Shown here in pieces: positions 50,650-62,726 of a DNA stretch of 64,000 bases (within the stretch, counting starts at the first letter, position 1; the number at the start of each line of letters is the position of its first letter). The notes under the pieces are model-generated. The model was not told the origin of the DNA, ran no database searches, and worked only from the letters and a program-made list of their open reading frames with translations. The translations under genes were made by a program, and so were the position numbers. This DNA comes from Malacoraja senta (lineage: Eukaryota): positions 16,928,001 through 16,992,000 of the forward strand of contig CM075989.1 in assembly GCA_038087875.1 (NCBI GenBank). Direction: 5' to 3'.

Positions 50650-52199
50650 CTGTGAAAGTAAAAATCGTAGATTGATCCTAATGGCAATATGACTACTTTT
50701 ATTATCTCTCCTTATTGATGAGGTAAAGGTTAAAGTGTAGAGCACAATCCACCTTGTATATAAGCAAACAAAATTCAAACAATTTGAGGCAATTGACTTG
50801 GATTGGAAATGGAAAAGTGCAAATCACATTCTAGAGCATTTAATTATAGGGAGTTGTGGGTTATTCAAAGGGAAGGCATTGAATACTGAGAGAAAAATAA
50901 AAATGGGCAGCTTTTATAGAGTCAATAGCCCGGGCAGCGTTTAGCTGCATTCCTGTAACAGACCACAGAATTGCATTTCAGAACGGCAAAGTTGGTGTTT
51001 CCTGAGGAACCAAAGGGTGAGAGTAGGTGAATCAGCAAGGGAGAGAAGTGGGCGTACGACAGATGTTGGGTTAATAATACAGGTGAAACCAGGTTGAATA
51101 TGAAAAGATTAGAGGGGAAAATGAAAAAGCATATAAAAGATAATACATGGACAGTCAACATAAATGAAGCTTCTATAGAGTAAATTAAGAAAATTCCCCT
51201 TGGTTGAAATGTCAGGATCCAGAAAAAATATAAACTTCTTAAATGCAGAAATTAGTGATGACCTGAAATACATTATCCTCAATAACGTGCGGACAGAAGA
51301 TTTGGTCATGTTTATCAAAAAAGAATTGGAGAACTACTTGAAGGAACAATGTTTCCATGCCCAAGAAAGGAGCCAATTGATCAATCTATCTCAAGTACTC
51401 CTTGAAGAATTTGAACTGGATTGGATGGATTAAATGCCCTTTTTGTGCTGGAATGAGTTACTTCCAGTTTATGGAACTGGCAGGTTGTTGCAGAGTAAAT
51501 CTACTCCTAAAAAAGACACAAAGTGCCAGATTAACTCAGTGGATCAGGCAGCATCCCTGGAGAACATGGGTACGTGACATTTTGGGTCGGGACCCTTAGT
51601 ACTAATTGTAGGTTTATCATCTCTGGCCTTTGTCCAACTATCTGCCAATCAAAACCCCGCCTCGCCTATGTTTACCAATTACTGACCGTGATTTGTCATT
51701 TCCCCTCCGCTCTTCCAGGTTTCCCTTCCTCTCCCCCACCCTAAAAAAAGTCAGTTTGAAGAAGAATCCCGAGAGTTACTCAACCCGCTGAGTTACTCCA
51801 GCACTTTGTGTCTTTTTCTATAGACCAACAACTTGTTTCTAAATCTACTCCTTTTCCCACCCTATTACAACAATCAGCCTGTTTCCTAATCTCATGAAAG
51901 CATCCTCTTTACTTATTCCAGTGTTAACATTCAGTCTATTTGCTACCATTTAGTCTTACCTCTGTCTGCTTGGTCTTGCATTTAGGTGCATTAGATTAAA
52001 TGTGGAACTGGACTGAAACTAACCAAACATCACACCCCAACAGCTACACGAGGCTTTCATTCAATTTATTTGGGGTTGAGTCAAACACCAAAATGAAAGG
52101 AAACTTATGTCCTCTAGCAACATTCAGTTTCCATTTCGGGTTTAATACCCAAGTGTGGAAAGAAGTAAAATGGGCCGTGGACTGATCCCATTCCACATT

Positions 52200-54343
52200 T
52201 TCACAGAACTGAGACAGCTCCGATAGTCTAAAGAGGAAGCCTACAGGAGCGGGGATGCAGACCGCTACAGACAGGCGAAGTACAAGCTGAGATGAGAAAT
52301 CAGAGCTGCCAAGGAAAGATACTCTGAGAAGTTGAGGAGCAAGTTCTCAGTTAGTGACTCTTTTTCAGTTTGGAAGGGGTTACAAGAAATCACCAGCTCC
52401 AAGAGGAACGCCCCCCACCCCCTCTCTTTGGACAATTGTCAGCTAACCAATGACCTGAATTAGTTCTACTGCAGGTTTGACAAGCAGAAATGTAACCCTG
52501 GTACCACCTCCCCCACTCCCCAACGAACACAGCCAGACCCCCTTCCACACCCACTCCTCCCCAATCACCACTTCACACCTACTTAAAGCAAGACTCCAGT
52601 CTGAAAAGACTGGACCCTTTCCCACCCCAACCAACACTTCACACCCACTCACAGCCTGACCCCAGCCTGCAAAGACTGGACCCTTTCCCACCCACCCCTC
52701 TCCAATCACCACTTAATACCCAATTACAGCCTGACTGCAAAAGACTGCTGCCTCGTCCACTACCCACCCCCTCCGTGCTGCACAACGTCACTTCTCCATC
52801 ATCAACAATAAAAATAGAGGTGGACAGGCTGTTAAAAGACAGTAAAGCCAAAATCTCCAGGACCGGACAATGTTTCTGCCTCTACACTCGAGCTCTGTGC
52901 CGAACAACTGGCACCGGTCTACACAGACATTTTCAACCAGTCCCTGCAAACCTGTGCTGTACCTACCTGCTTCAAAGTCTCCACTATTGTCCCTGTACCC
53001 AAAAAGGGAAAGATTACTGGTCTTAGTGACTACAGGCCTGTCGCACTGACCTCTGTAGTCATGAAGACCCTTGAAAGGCTTGTGCTGGCCAAGCTGAAAA
53101 ATATCACAAACGCCCTGCTGGACCTTCTGCAGTTTGCATATCGGGCCAATATATCTGTGGATGACGCAGTCAACCTGGGCCTGCACCGCATGCTCCAGCA
53201 CCTAGACTGCCAGGGAACCTATGCGAGGATTTTGTTTGTTGATTTTAGCTCTGCATTCAACACCATTGTGCCAGAGCTACTACACTCCAACGTTTTGAGT
53301 TGACTGTGCCTGAACCCCTCTGTCAGTGGATCACCAGCTTCCTGACTGACAGGAAGCAGCATGTGAGGCTGGGAAAGCACATCCCAGACCCGCAGATCCT
53401 CGGCGTAGGAGCACCGCAAGGCTGCGTACTCTCCTCTCTCCTCTACTCTCAACACCAATGACTGCACCTCCACTGACTCCATCTCAACCTTGCAGATGAC
53501 ACAACTGTGATTGGACCTACAGACAGGAAGTGACACAGCTGGAGTCCTGGTGCCATCGCAACAACCTGGAGCTCAATGTTCTTAAGACCGTGGAATTGAT
53601 TGTAGACTTTAGGAGTGTTCCCACTCCCCTCACACCACTCACCATCAACAACACCACAGTCACATCTGTGGAGTCTTTTAAGTTCCTGGGAACCATCATC
53701 TCCAAGGACCTTAAATGGGGGGGGGGGGGGGGGGCCACCATTGACTCCACAGTCAAAAAGGCACAACAGAGGATTATTTCCTGCGGCAGCTTAGGAAGCA
53801 CAATCTGCCACAGGCAATGATGGTCCAATTCTATATGCCATCATAGAGTCTGTCCTCAGCTTCTCCATCATGGTCTGGTTTGGCTCAGCCACCAAGCGTG
53901 ATATGCGGAGGCTGCAGCGAATCGTCCGATCAGCTGAGAAGGTTATTGGCTGCAACCTTCCCTCCATTGACGAACTGCACACTGCAAGGGCCAGGAAGCG
54001 AGCGTGTAACATCATCTCTGACCCCTCTCACCCTGGCCAGAAACTCTTTGAATCACTTCCCTCTGGAAGGCGACTCCGGACTGTCAAAGCTGCCACAGCC
54101 AGACATAAAAACAGCTTTTTTTCCATGAGCAGCAGCTCTACTCAATAACCAAAAATCTGTAGCCTCATTTTGCTCTGGTATTTTATTTAATTCCCACGTT
54201 TAATCGATAATGTTTTATTAATAATGTTTTATGTGTCATTCCTAACTTTCACTCTATGTCATGTTGTCACTTGCGGGGGGGGGGAGCACCAAGGCAAATT
54301 CCTTGTATGTGAATACTTGGCCAATAATCTTATTCATTCATTT
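52200..54343 (+). mobile_element. Rex1/Babar LINE, 5'-truncated and decayed
   Basis: [66 protein letters not shown]; (ATTC)n tail. Confidence 0.9.
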
Positions 54344-54563
54344 ATCATCTGGAGTAGGGCCAATGGCCACCAGTTAGAAAGTGGAATGGAATGGATTTCC
54401 TCCCATTCTAACCTGGAATTAGTTATGGTGTCATTATTATTATTGACACACGACGAATATGTTTTATTAACTCATGAATTAACTCATGGTTGAATTACGT
54501 GGCCATCATGGCAAGCAACAATTCGCTATACCCACAACTTTTTTTTCACAAAAGAAAACTCAC

Positions 54564-54654
54564 CTCTGCACTGAATATTATCCTTTCTCATTTTGGGATT
54601 TGGCATTTGAGCCTCGTGCAGTGGTTTCACATCCATTTCTTCATCATGTGTTTC
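54564..54654 (-). CDS. C1q-domain gene exon 3 (linker)
   Basis: TTCAG|GAA...AGAG|GTGAGT; 91 bp, phase 0 to 1, ETHDEEMDVKPLHEAQMPNPKMRKDNIQCR(G); in frame with exon 4. Confidence 0.7.
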
Positions 54655-55374
54655 CTGAACCATTCAAATAATTGGAAGAAAACTCATCAATTGTTCAGGC
54701 CATTCATTCATAAAGAAACAAGCAATTAATTAATTAATTAATCCCTAATAGTTTTTTTTTGCCAAAAGTCATTTTGGAAGATCTTAACACTTTAAACCGT
54801 ACAATGCAAAATTACTTTTGAAACTTTAACACAAGATATATTTGGCTTCTGTGATGGTTTATGTAAAACGTATATTGCAGAGGAAATGATGTGAACTGGA
54901 AGGGACACGACCATGAAGAAATTCAAATAATAGAATGATAACTTAAATGGAAGATGTTGGGGATCCACAGTCAATGAACAAGGATAGGATTGGTGGGGGA
55001 GTTAGAGTAGAGGGTGAAATAAGATGTATAGATAAAAAGAGAGTGAGAGAGGAAGAAAGAGTAGCAGTAAGGCGCAAAAGGAGAATAAAGATGTAGAAGG
55101 AAGGAAGGAGCATAGGAACAGATGCAAGGCAAGAGAAAGGACGGGATGAAACAGTAAAAGATCATGAAGCAAACTAATCAGATACAGAACGGTGATATCA
55201 GAGCAAAGATAAATAATTGGACAATCAAAGAATAGCTGGAACAGAGAGATGAAGGGAAAGAGTACAAAATGAACTGGAATATTGTGACCATAAGGGGGGG
55301 AAGGCAGAGAAAGAAATAACTGGTGTAAATCAAATGGTATTAGAAAATACATATAATTAATTTTCTATCCTTAC

Positions 55375-55461
55375 CAGAAAATATTCCAAATATTCCTGAT
55401 GATCGTCCAAAGTGCTCGATTGATAGATACAGTAAAAGAGGATCAAATACAGCAGGTTTCC
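55375..55461 (-). CDS. C1q-domain gene exon 2 (signal-peptide-like)
   Basis: TTTTATTTCAG|GGA...CTG|GTAAGG; 87 bp, GNLLYLILFYCIYQSSTLDDHQEYLEYFL. Confidence 0.7.
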
Positions 55462-55540
55462 CTGAAATAAAATAAAACATCCTTTCACTTGGGCAAAAAG
55501 AACCACATTTGTTAAACGTTGCCAATGCAACTTCACGTAC

Positions 55541-55543
55541 CAT
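55541..55543 (-). CDS. C1q-domain gene exon 1 coding part (ATG only)
   Basis: AAAATG|GTACGT donor, 79-bp intron to exon 2, A at -3. Confidence 0.6.
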
Positions 55544-55612
55544 TTTGATCACAGCAGCTTTCTTCTCTCCAACTTCTTGTTCAGCCAATGTGTTTGGTCT
55601 TCAGGTCGTTGG

Positions 55613-55618
55613 TTTATA
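55613..55618 (-). promoter_or_regulatory. Candidate TATA box of C1q-domain gene
   Basis: TATAAA on minus strand ~70 nt upstream of the ATG. Confidence 0.45.
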
Positions 55619-56546
55619 ACTCCTTCTGTTTCACACATTTGAAGCATCGCCAAATGAGATTTGATCATATTTTGGTGCTTCCTCCAAATATGTCGTAAGT
55701 CCAGCCTCCAAAGTAGCAAACCCAGAGTCAGTATCATTCTTTTTTTTAAATAATATTTTTATTAGAAGCAAAGACATATTATGGTAAAAACATTTCATGT
55801 ATATCAATCATATATTATTAATATTATCAATTGTGGATTGATTCTGCTTCTAGTTTTTTTTTTAATAGATAGAAAGTGAGAAAGAAAGAGAGAAGAAAAA
55901 ACACAAATGTCAAGATAAAAAAAAAAGAGTGGAATAATTTACTAATAATACATCATTGGAGATAGGTTCATAGGTCATAAAGTATAACTTTTCATCTAAT
56001 CCTAAGTTCAAGCTTCAGTTAGGTTCCCGTGCCGAACCGATCTACCCCTTCAAATAGTCAATGAATGGAGACCATATTCTAACAAAAAGTTCTTGTTTGT
56101 CCATTAAGACAAGTCTGATTCTTTCCAGGTGTAGGGTCTCCGACATTTCCATAATCCACATTTTAATTGTGGGGTTATAGGACCTTTCCAAAATTTTAAT
56201 ATTAATTCTTTCCCAGTTATTATACTGTAGTCTAGGAAGTTTCTTTGGCTTGTTGTGAATGTTAGACTTTGTTCTGATATTCCAAGTATTATTAGTTTTG
56301 AGTCGGGATCCAATTTAGTATTGACAACTTCAGAAATTATTCTAAAAATATCAATCCAGAATTTTTTAATTTTTATACAATTTGCAAAAGTATGTGTTAA
56401 GGTTAGCCTCTAGATGCTGACATTTATCACAAATAGGAGAGATATGTGGGAAAATTCTATTTAGTTTTGCTTTAGAATAATGTAATCTGTGTAATATTTT
56501 AAATTGTATTAAAGCATGTCTGGCGTTTAACGAGCATTGATGTATA

Positions 56547-58154
56547 CAGTGGCTTGCAAAAGTTTTCATACCCCTTGAACTTTTCCACATTTTGTCACGT
56601 TACAACCACAAACGTAAATGTATTTTATTGGGATTTTATGTGATAGACCAACACAAAGTGGTGCATAATTGTGAAGTGGAAGGAAAATGATACATGGTTT
56701 TCAAATTTATTTACAAATAAAAAACTGAAAAGTGTCGCGTGCAAAAGTATTCAGCCCCCCTGAGTCAATACTTTGTAGAACCACCTTTCGCTGCAATTAC
56801 AGCTGCAAGTCTTTTGGGGTATGTCTCTACCAGCTTTGCACATCTAGAGACAGAAATTTTTGCCCATACTTCTGTGCAAAATAGCTCAAGCTCAGTCAGA
56901 TTGGATGGAGAGCGTCTGTGAACAGCAATTTTCAAGTCTTGCCAGAGATTCTCAATTGGATTTAGGTCTGGACTTTGACTGGGCCATTCTAACACATTAA
57001 TATGCTTTGATCTAAACCATTCCATTGTAGCTCTGGCTGTATGTTTAGGGTCGTTGTCCTGCTGGAAGGTGAACCTCCGCCCGAGTCTCAAGTCTTTTGC
57101 AGACTCTAACACGTTTTCTTCCAAGATTGCCCTGTATTTGGCTCCATCCATCTTCCCATCAACTCTGACCAGCTTCCCTGTCCCTGCTGAAGAAAAGCAT
57201 CCCCACAGCATGATGCTGCCACCACCATGTTTCACAGTGGAAATGGTGTGTTCAGGGTGATGTGCAGTGTTAGGTTTCCGCCACACATAGCGTTTTGCAT
57301 TTGGGCCAAAAACGTCAATTTTGGTCTCATCTGACCAGAGCACCTTCCTCCACATGTTTGCTGTGTCCCCCACATGGCTTGTGGCAAACTGCAAACGGGA
57401 CTTCTTATGGCTTTTTTTCAACAATGGCTTTCTTCTTGCCACTCTTCCATAAAGGCCCGATTTGTGGAGTGCACGACTAATAGTTGTCCTGTGGACCGAT
57501 TCTCCCACCCAAGCTGTGGTTCTCTGCAGCTCCTCCAGAGTTACCATGGCTGCTTCTCTGATTAATGCTCTCCTTGCCCACCCTGTCAGTTTAGTTGGAC
57601 GGCCATGTCTTGGTAGGTTTGCAGTTGTGCCATACTCTTTCCATTTTCGGATGATGGATTGAACAGTGCTCCGTGAGATGTTCAAAGCTTGGGATATTTT
57701 TTTATAACCTAACCCTGCTTTAAACTTCTCCACAACTTTAACCCTGACCTGTCTGGTGTGTTCCTTGGGCTTCATGATGCTGTTTGTTCACTAATGTTCA
57801 CTAACAAACCTCTGAGGCCTTCACAGAACAGCTGTATTTATACTGAGATTAAATGACACACAAGTGGACTATATTTACTAATTAGGTGACTTCTGAAGGC
57901 AATTGGTTGCACTGGATTTTATTTAGGGGTATCAGAGTAAAGGGGGCTGAATACTTTTGCACGCGACACTTTTCAGTTATTTATTTGTAAAACAATTTGA
58001 AAACCATGTATCATTTTCCTTCCACTTCACAATTATGCTCCACTTTGTTTTGGTCTATCACATAAAATCCCAATAAAATACATTTACGTTTGTGGTTGTA
58101 ACGTGACAAAATGTGGAAAAGTTCAAGGGGTATGAATACTTTTGCAAGCCACTG
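56547..58154 (-). mobile_element. Full-length Tc1 (DD34E) transposon, Passport-like
   Basis: TA|CAGTGGCTTGCAAAAG...TTTGCAAGCCACTG|TA; ~210-bp IR/DR-type TIRs; 1608 bp. Confidence 0.97.
56765..57775 (-). CDS. Tc1 transposase, 336 aa, uninterrupted
   Basis: WSDETK, QQDNDPKH, SPDLNPIE with 34 residues between D and E; GRP-type hook; VARRKPLL. Confidence 0.95.
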   Translation of the reverse strand: MKPKEHTRQVRVKVVEKFKAGLGYKKISQALNISRSTVQSIIRKWKEYGTTANLPRHGRPTKLTGWARRALIREAAMVTLEELQRTTAWVGESVHRTTISRALHKSGLYGRVARRKPLLKKSHKKSRLQFATSHVGDTANMWRKVLWSDETKIDVFGPNAKRYVWRKPNTAHHPEHTISTVKHGGGSIMLWGCFSSAGTGKLVRVDGKMDGAKYRAILEENVLESAKDLRLGRRFTFQQDNDPKHTARATMEWFRSKHINVLEWPSQSPDLNPIENLWQDLKIAVHRRSPSNLTELELFCTEVWAKISVSRCAKLVETYPKRLAAVIAAKGGSTKY

Positions 58155-59709
58155 TATATTGTAGACTTTTGTCCCAAATATCTTTTGTTATAGGTTGGCC
58201 TAATTCATTTTCCCATGTGTGTCTATATGATTCCATCGATGGGACCTCATTATCTAAGAGGGTGTTATAAATATAAGTTATTAATTTTTCTGTATTAGGA
58301 TGTTTATTCAAACATTCGTCAAGGATTTCTGGTTCCCTAGTCCTATAATTTTGTGTATTAGATTTAACATAATCTCTAAGTTGTAGATATCTGAAAAAAT
58401 TATTTGAGTGTAGTCCGTAGATCTGTTGTAACTCCTGAAATGAAAGAAAAGTGCCTTTCCTATAAAGATGTCCCATCTTTTTAATTCCATAATTTTTTCC
58501 ATTGTGTGAAACCTTTATCCATAGTCAGTATCATTCTTGCTGATGAATCATCCCTAAATGTTTATGAACATGTTGCTGAGTTTGCCAACTCGAGGCACTG
58601 TCCTGAACAAAACGAGGCCACACGGGCATCTGAGAAGAATGGTGTTGTTGTCACTTCACACATGCACAAACAAAATAATCCTCGCATCTTCATCCCGAGT
58701 CCTAGCTTCCAGTTCTCGGTACTTCCATTTTCGTTGGTACTTCTGTAGTTTTTGCTTTTCTGACCACTTCTGTTATATCACAAACAGGAGCAGGGGTAAA
58801 CCATTTGGGCTTTCAATCCTGCTCCACTATTCATTCAAAATAATGATTGGTCTTTTTCATTATGATAATGATTGATCTTTCTCCTGCATTAGGTCAATAT
58901 CCCTTAATATCCAGAAATCTATTCTCTGAACACAAGTAAGCAACGATTAAGAAAATAATTAAACAATGAAGTACATTAAAGTTAATTAAAATGTTATTTC
59001 CACAATTTTGTTAATAGTAAACTTGATGTTCCCTTGATCTTTATACATTATAATAATGTTTCATGAAGTATGACGTACTGTTAAACATCTTGAGATTATG
59101 AAAAGCCCTCTAATTCCAAGATATTTTCTTTAATACTTTTTTAACTACACTTTATCTAGAACCAATAAAACTCACTTCTTGCTTGCCTTAGAAAAGCTTG
59201 TATTGGCCTGAAATGTGTGCCTTTTCTGTTTTTATTGCAGCTTTACAGTATCTGCAGTTTCTTACTTTAAGAATAGAGGACAAGGCTTTGTTGGATTATT
59301 TTTTTAAGTTGTGTGGAGCCTCTTCTATACGGTCCCGTTAAATGCTTCCAGATCATCATCATGGTGAAAGGAGTCTATTTGAGGGCAACAATACAAACTT
59401 TTGTTATTCTTAACCTTAAACAACTCCTGAAATATTTCACAACAGCTTTATTAAACAAGACTTAATATTTATATTACTACCTTAAACCTATTCTTTTGCA
59501 TTCAGTAAAAGTCACACAGATGTAGTACAAAAATATTTGATATCAACCCATGCAACAAATGAAAAAAGAAAGACAGGAGTTTGCTTGTTAAAGTTCCTCA
59601 GCTGGACACTCTCTTCTGACATGTAGTTCGGTGTTTTTTTTAACCTTCATATGGTTATCTACTTGATATTCTTTCTCTTTCAACTTAATATTCTTGCTCT
59701 TTCAAACAG

Positions 59710-59900
59710 GAGGCCTTGATCTGATCCTGATGCCTGGAAGAGGGAAGGGTTACTATGACACTTACCTGGAGCGTTGTCTTAAGCATCCAAAGGGCAAACC
59801 CTACACAATTGCCTTGGCCTTCCAGGAGCAGATATGTGATCTGGTGCCTGTGACTGAAAGTGATAAGCTAATTGATGAAGTATTTTATGAGACATCGTAG
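59710..59900 (+). pseudogene. MTHFS: MTHFS last exon with in-frame 11-codon deletion
   Basis: Acceptor AAACAG|GA (phase 1, fits the exon 2 donor). GLDLILMPG^[53 protein letters not shown]; conserved LGFDxxGNRLG is absent. Confidence 0.92.
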
Positions 59901-59945
59901 ATGAGTTCATTGGATCCTGGTGAATTGGACAGGAAGATCATTCTA

Positions 59946-60162
59946 AATAAAGGACAGCAATTATCCATGAACATTGAAAAGAATAATCATTTATGAAGAG
60001 GAAAATAATTTAATTTGACTTTCTGCTAATCAGTGGTGAAGAACATTAATGACAACAATTATGAGAAATAGATTTTACCCATTGAACTGTTTCATAAAGT
60101 TGGAAACACAAGTATTGGCAATTTATATATTTTTATGCAAAAAAACTTTTTAATTTAATAAA
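59946..60162 (+). terminator. Candidate polyadenylation signals of MTHFS
   Basis: AATAAA at 59946 and 60157, the latter followed by T-rich sequence. Confidence 0.5.
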
Positions 60163-61389
60163 GATTTTTATTGTAACATGTTCAATTATTTATTTGTTCT
60201 CACAAAACAACAAAGTTCATTCTTCAATGCTCTTTGCAATTTTACATCATGGTGTAGTCTGGTCCTGCCCTCCACTGCCTTAGGCCTCCTGTTCCTGCAC
60301 AGACATACTAAGGTTTTGGATGGAGCGCATTCTGCTGTGGAATGGAATTGACACTATTTTGCCACTTCTTCTTATGAACCATTGGCAATTGGACCTCTTT
60401 CATTATATGAAAGCATTTGTTGTCATGTCTGTTGTGATCTTTGTACGTCAAGCCAGTTCAGCTGCACACACAGGAGAATAAATGAGGAGGAAACTGAGAA
60501 CATTTTATCATTATCAAGGTATTAGATGACTTAGCTGGCATAAAGTGGATAAATCCCCATGGTCTGGTAGGATGTATTCTAAACTGTTATGGGAGGCAAG
60601 GGAGGTAATTGCTGGGGCCCTGATAAACTTCTATATCTTCATTGGCCACAGGTTAGTGCTGGGTGCCTGGAATAAATCAAATGCAGTACCCTTAATCAAG
60701 AAGGGCAGCAGAGAGAGGTAAGCTTGGTAATTGCAGGTCAAGACAGTAGTAAGGAAGATATTAGAAAAAAATGTGTGGGATGGGATTAATCTGCATTTTT
60801 GAAAGGCTGGGGTTAATCAAAGATGACAACGTTTTATCTAACCCCATTTGACTGAATCACTCATGATCTTTTGAACAATATGCTGCACACAGTACAGTAC
60901 CTTGACTGATAATTTAAGTACTTGTCGCTCTTTTCATAACCTCATGGTAAAATAATATGTCTATGTAGAGCTACATTGCTAGTATCACACTCCTTTCTTC
61001 CTTCCAAAAGAATGGCAGTATCAATACATCATTTCCATTAAACATTTTCACCGATGAATCTTCTAATACTGGCAATTCCTGTATCACCGCATGCTGGGGA
61101 ATCTTGAGGACCATTAAATGCCATGGAAAGAGCTTTGAATGAGATGCTAAATTACTAACTAAAAAAAAACCTTAATCCAACCCTAGGAAGATGCATTATA
61201 GTCAAGAAATGTTTTCACAAAATGGTGGTGCTCTATTTGGAAAATGCAGAACAATATCTGAATGTCACTAGGGGAAGCTAAAGGCCCAAACACCAGAGAC
61301 ATTGATGCAGTTATTTACAAATAGCACATCCCAAATAGCAACGCCCAAGCTAACACGTGAGGCATTGTTTTGTGAAAACATACAATTCC

Positions 61390-61790
61390 TGACTAAAATG
61401 CATCCATCCACATTTCTTTGCCAGTCTCTTTGGGATCAAGGATCTTTTGCTTCCAATCGGTAGGCTCTGAAATGGCTGCTGAGGCCAGAGACTGCCACAG
61501 GTGAGGCAGGAAGTCTTTGACAGAACTGGTAGAAGGAATAATTGATTGTTGCAACTTTCTGTGTTGTATACTCCTGATGTTTGGGTGCTTCAAAGACACA
61601 AAGTTTTCAATGCCTTTACAGATGCGTCATCCTTGAGTGAACTTGGGCCATGTGTTAGCGAGGGTGCTATATTTCTTCAAAGCGGCGTTAAGAACATTCT
61701 TGAAGTGTTATTTCAGTCCTCTGTGAATGGTTTGCCCTGCCAGCTCTGAGTGATTGCTTCAGAAGTCTAGTGTTGCCAATTCAAGGCAGC
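61390..61790 (-). mobile_element. Highly decayed RTE-like LINE 3' end
   Basis: Minus-strand remnants resemble the RTE C-terminal EL..G...RG...FKxVLxAxLKK...W pattern. Confidence 0.4.
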
Positions 61791-61973
61791 CCACAGTAAA
61801 ATACACCGGACAATTACTTTGCCCAACAATTAGATTTATTTATTAATAATCGTTAATCGCAACTATCCATTAGATACACTATCCTTCAGTTATCAGTTAA
61901 ACATCTTGCAAAACTTAATATCTTAATCTAGATTTTATCCACTTTAAATTTAACTGGCTTGACTTGCCGAGTA

Positions 61974-62072
61974 CTTCTTCTTCTTCTTCTTCTTCTTCTT
62001 CATCTTCTTCTTCTTCTTCTTCTTCTTCTTCTTCTTCTTCTTCTTCTTCTTCTTCTTCTTCTTCTTCTTCTT
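61974..62072 (+). repeat. (TTC)n microsatellite
   Basis: Seen directly. Confidence 0.98.
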
Positions 62073-62694
62073 TCGCGTGGCGTGCACAGCCTAAAGTTGT
62101 TGGACAACTTGTTCTAGTATTTGATCTTCCGTTTGTGCACGTCGAGTTGATTGCATTAGTCGAAACAGGGCGGACCACGTGAAGGTTGCAATCGTCCACT
62201 CCGCCGAGATCTTCTCTGAATCCCTGACTCAGGACTATTTATGTCAATGGCTATTCTCCAGAGTTGGCACCACGGTTTATCCTGCAAGGCACCTTTGATA
62301 GCAAAAAACAAAGTGCTTGAGGAACTCAACAAGTCAGGCAGCATCAGTGGAGGAAAATGAGCCACAATGTTGTGTCCCCTTTCACACTTCACCATACCTC
62401 TTTGTTCCAAATATTTCTCTTCAAATTTGTTTGAAATCTTGTTGTGATCAGAGCCCCAATGCTGGGAATGTTGGAAGAGGAGTTGGTAGATTTGCATACC
62501 CTGCACGATTGATGGATTTAGCGCAGATAGCATTGACCATAACTCCCCAGTACTCTTGAGATGCCTGATGTATATGGTAGGAAGGAACTGCAGATGCTGG
62601 TTGATGCCGAAGATAGACACAAAATGCTGGAGTAACTCAGCGGGACCAGCAGCAATACTGGAGAGAAGGAATGGGTGATGTTTCCGGTCGAAAC

Positions 62695-62726
62695 CTGAAG
62701 AAGGGTCTCGACCTGAAACGTCACCC
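62695..62726 (+). ncRNA. Minimal hammerhead-ribozyme-like motif
   Basis: CTGAAGA-A-GGGTC-TC-GACCT-GAAAC-GTC-ACCC. Confidence 0.45.

Larger units (their letters stand above)
55742..58522 (-). mobile_element. L1 3' fragment with 16-bp TSD, interrupted by Tc1
   Basis: AGTCAGTATCATTCTT at 55726-55741 and 58523-58538; FRYLQLRDYV, LIQFKILHRLHY, CDKC motifs; poly-T at left end. Confidence 0.9.

Noticed and set aside
51960..51981. Alternative first exon for the C1q domain (MQDQADR, phase-1 donor GTAAGA)
   Set aside because: In frame but has no signal peptide; the three-exon upstream model is better supported. Not excluded as a minor isoform.
61915..62199. Poly-Glu and poly-Ser ORFs
   Set aside because: (TTC)n microsatellite.
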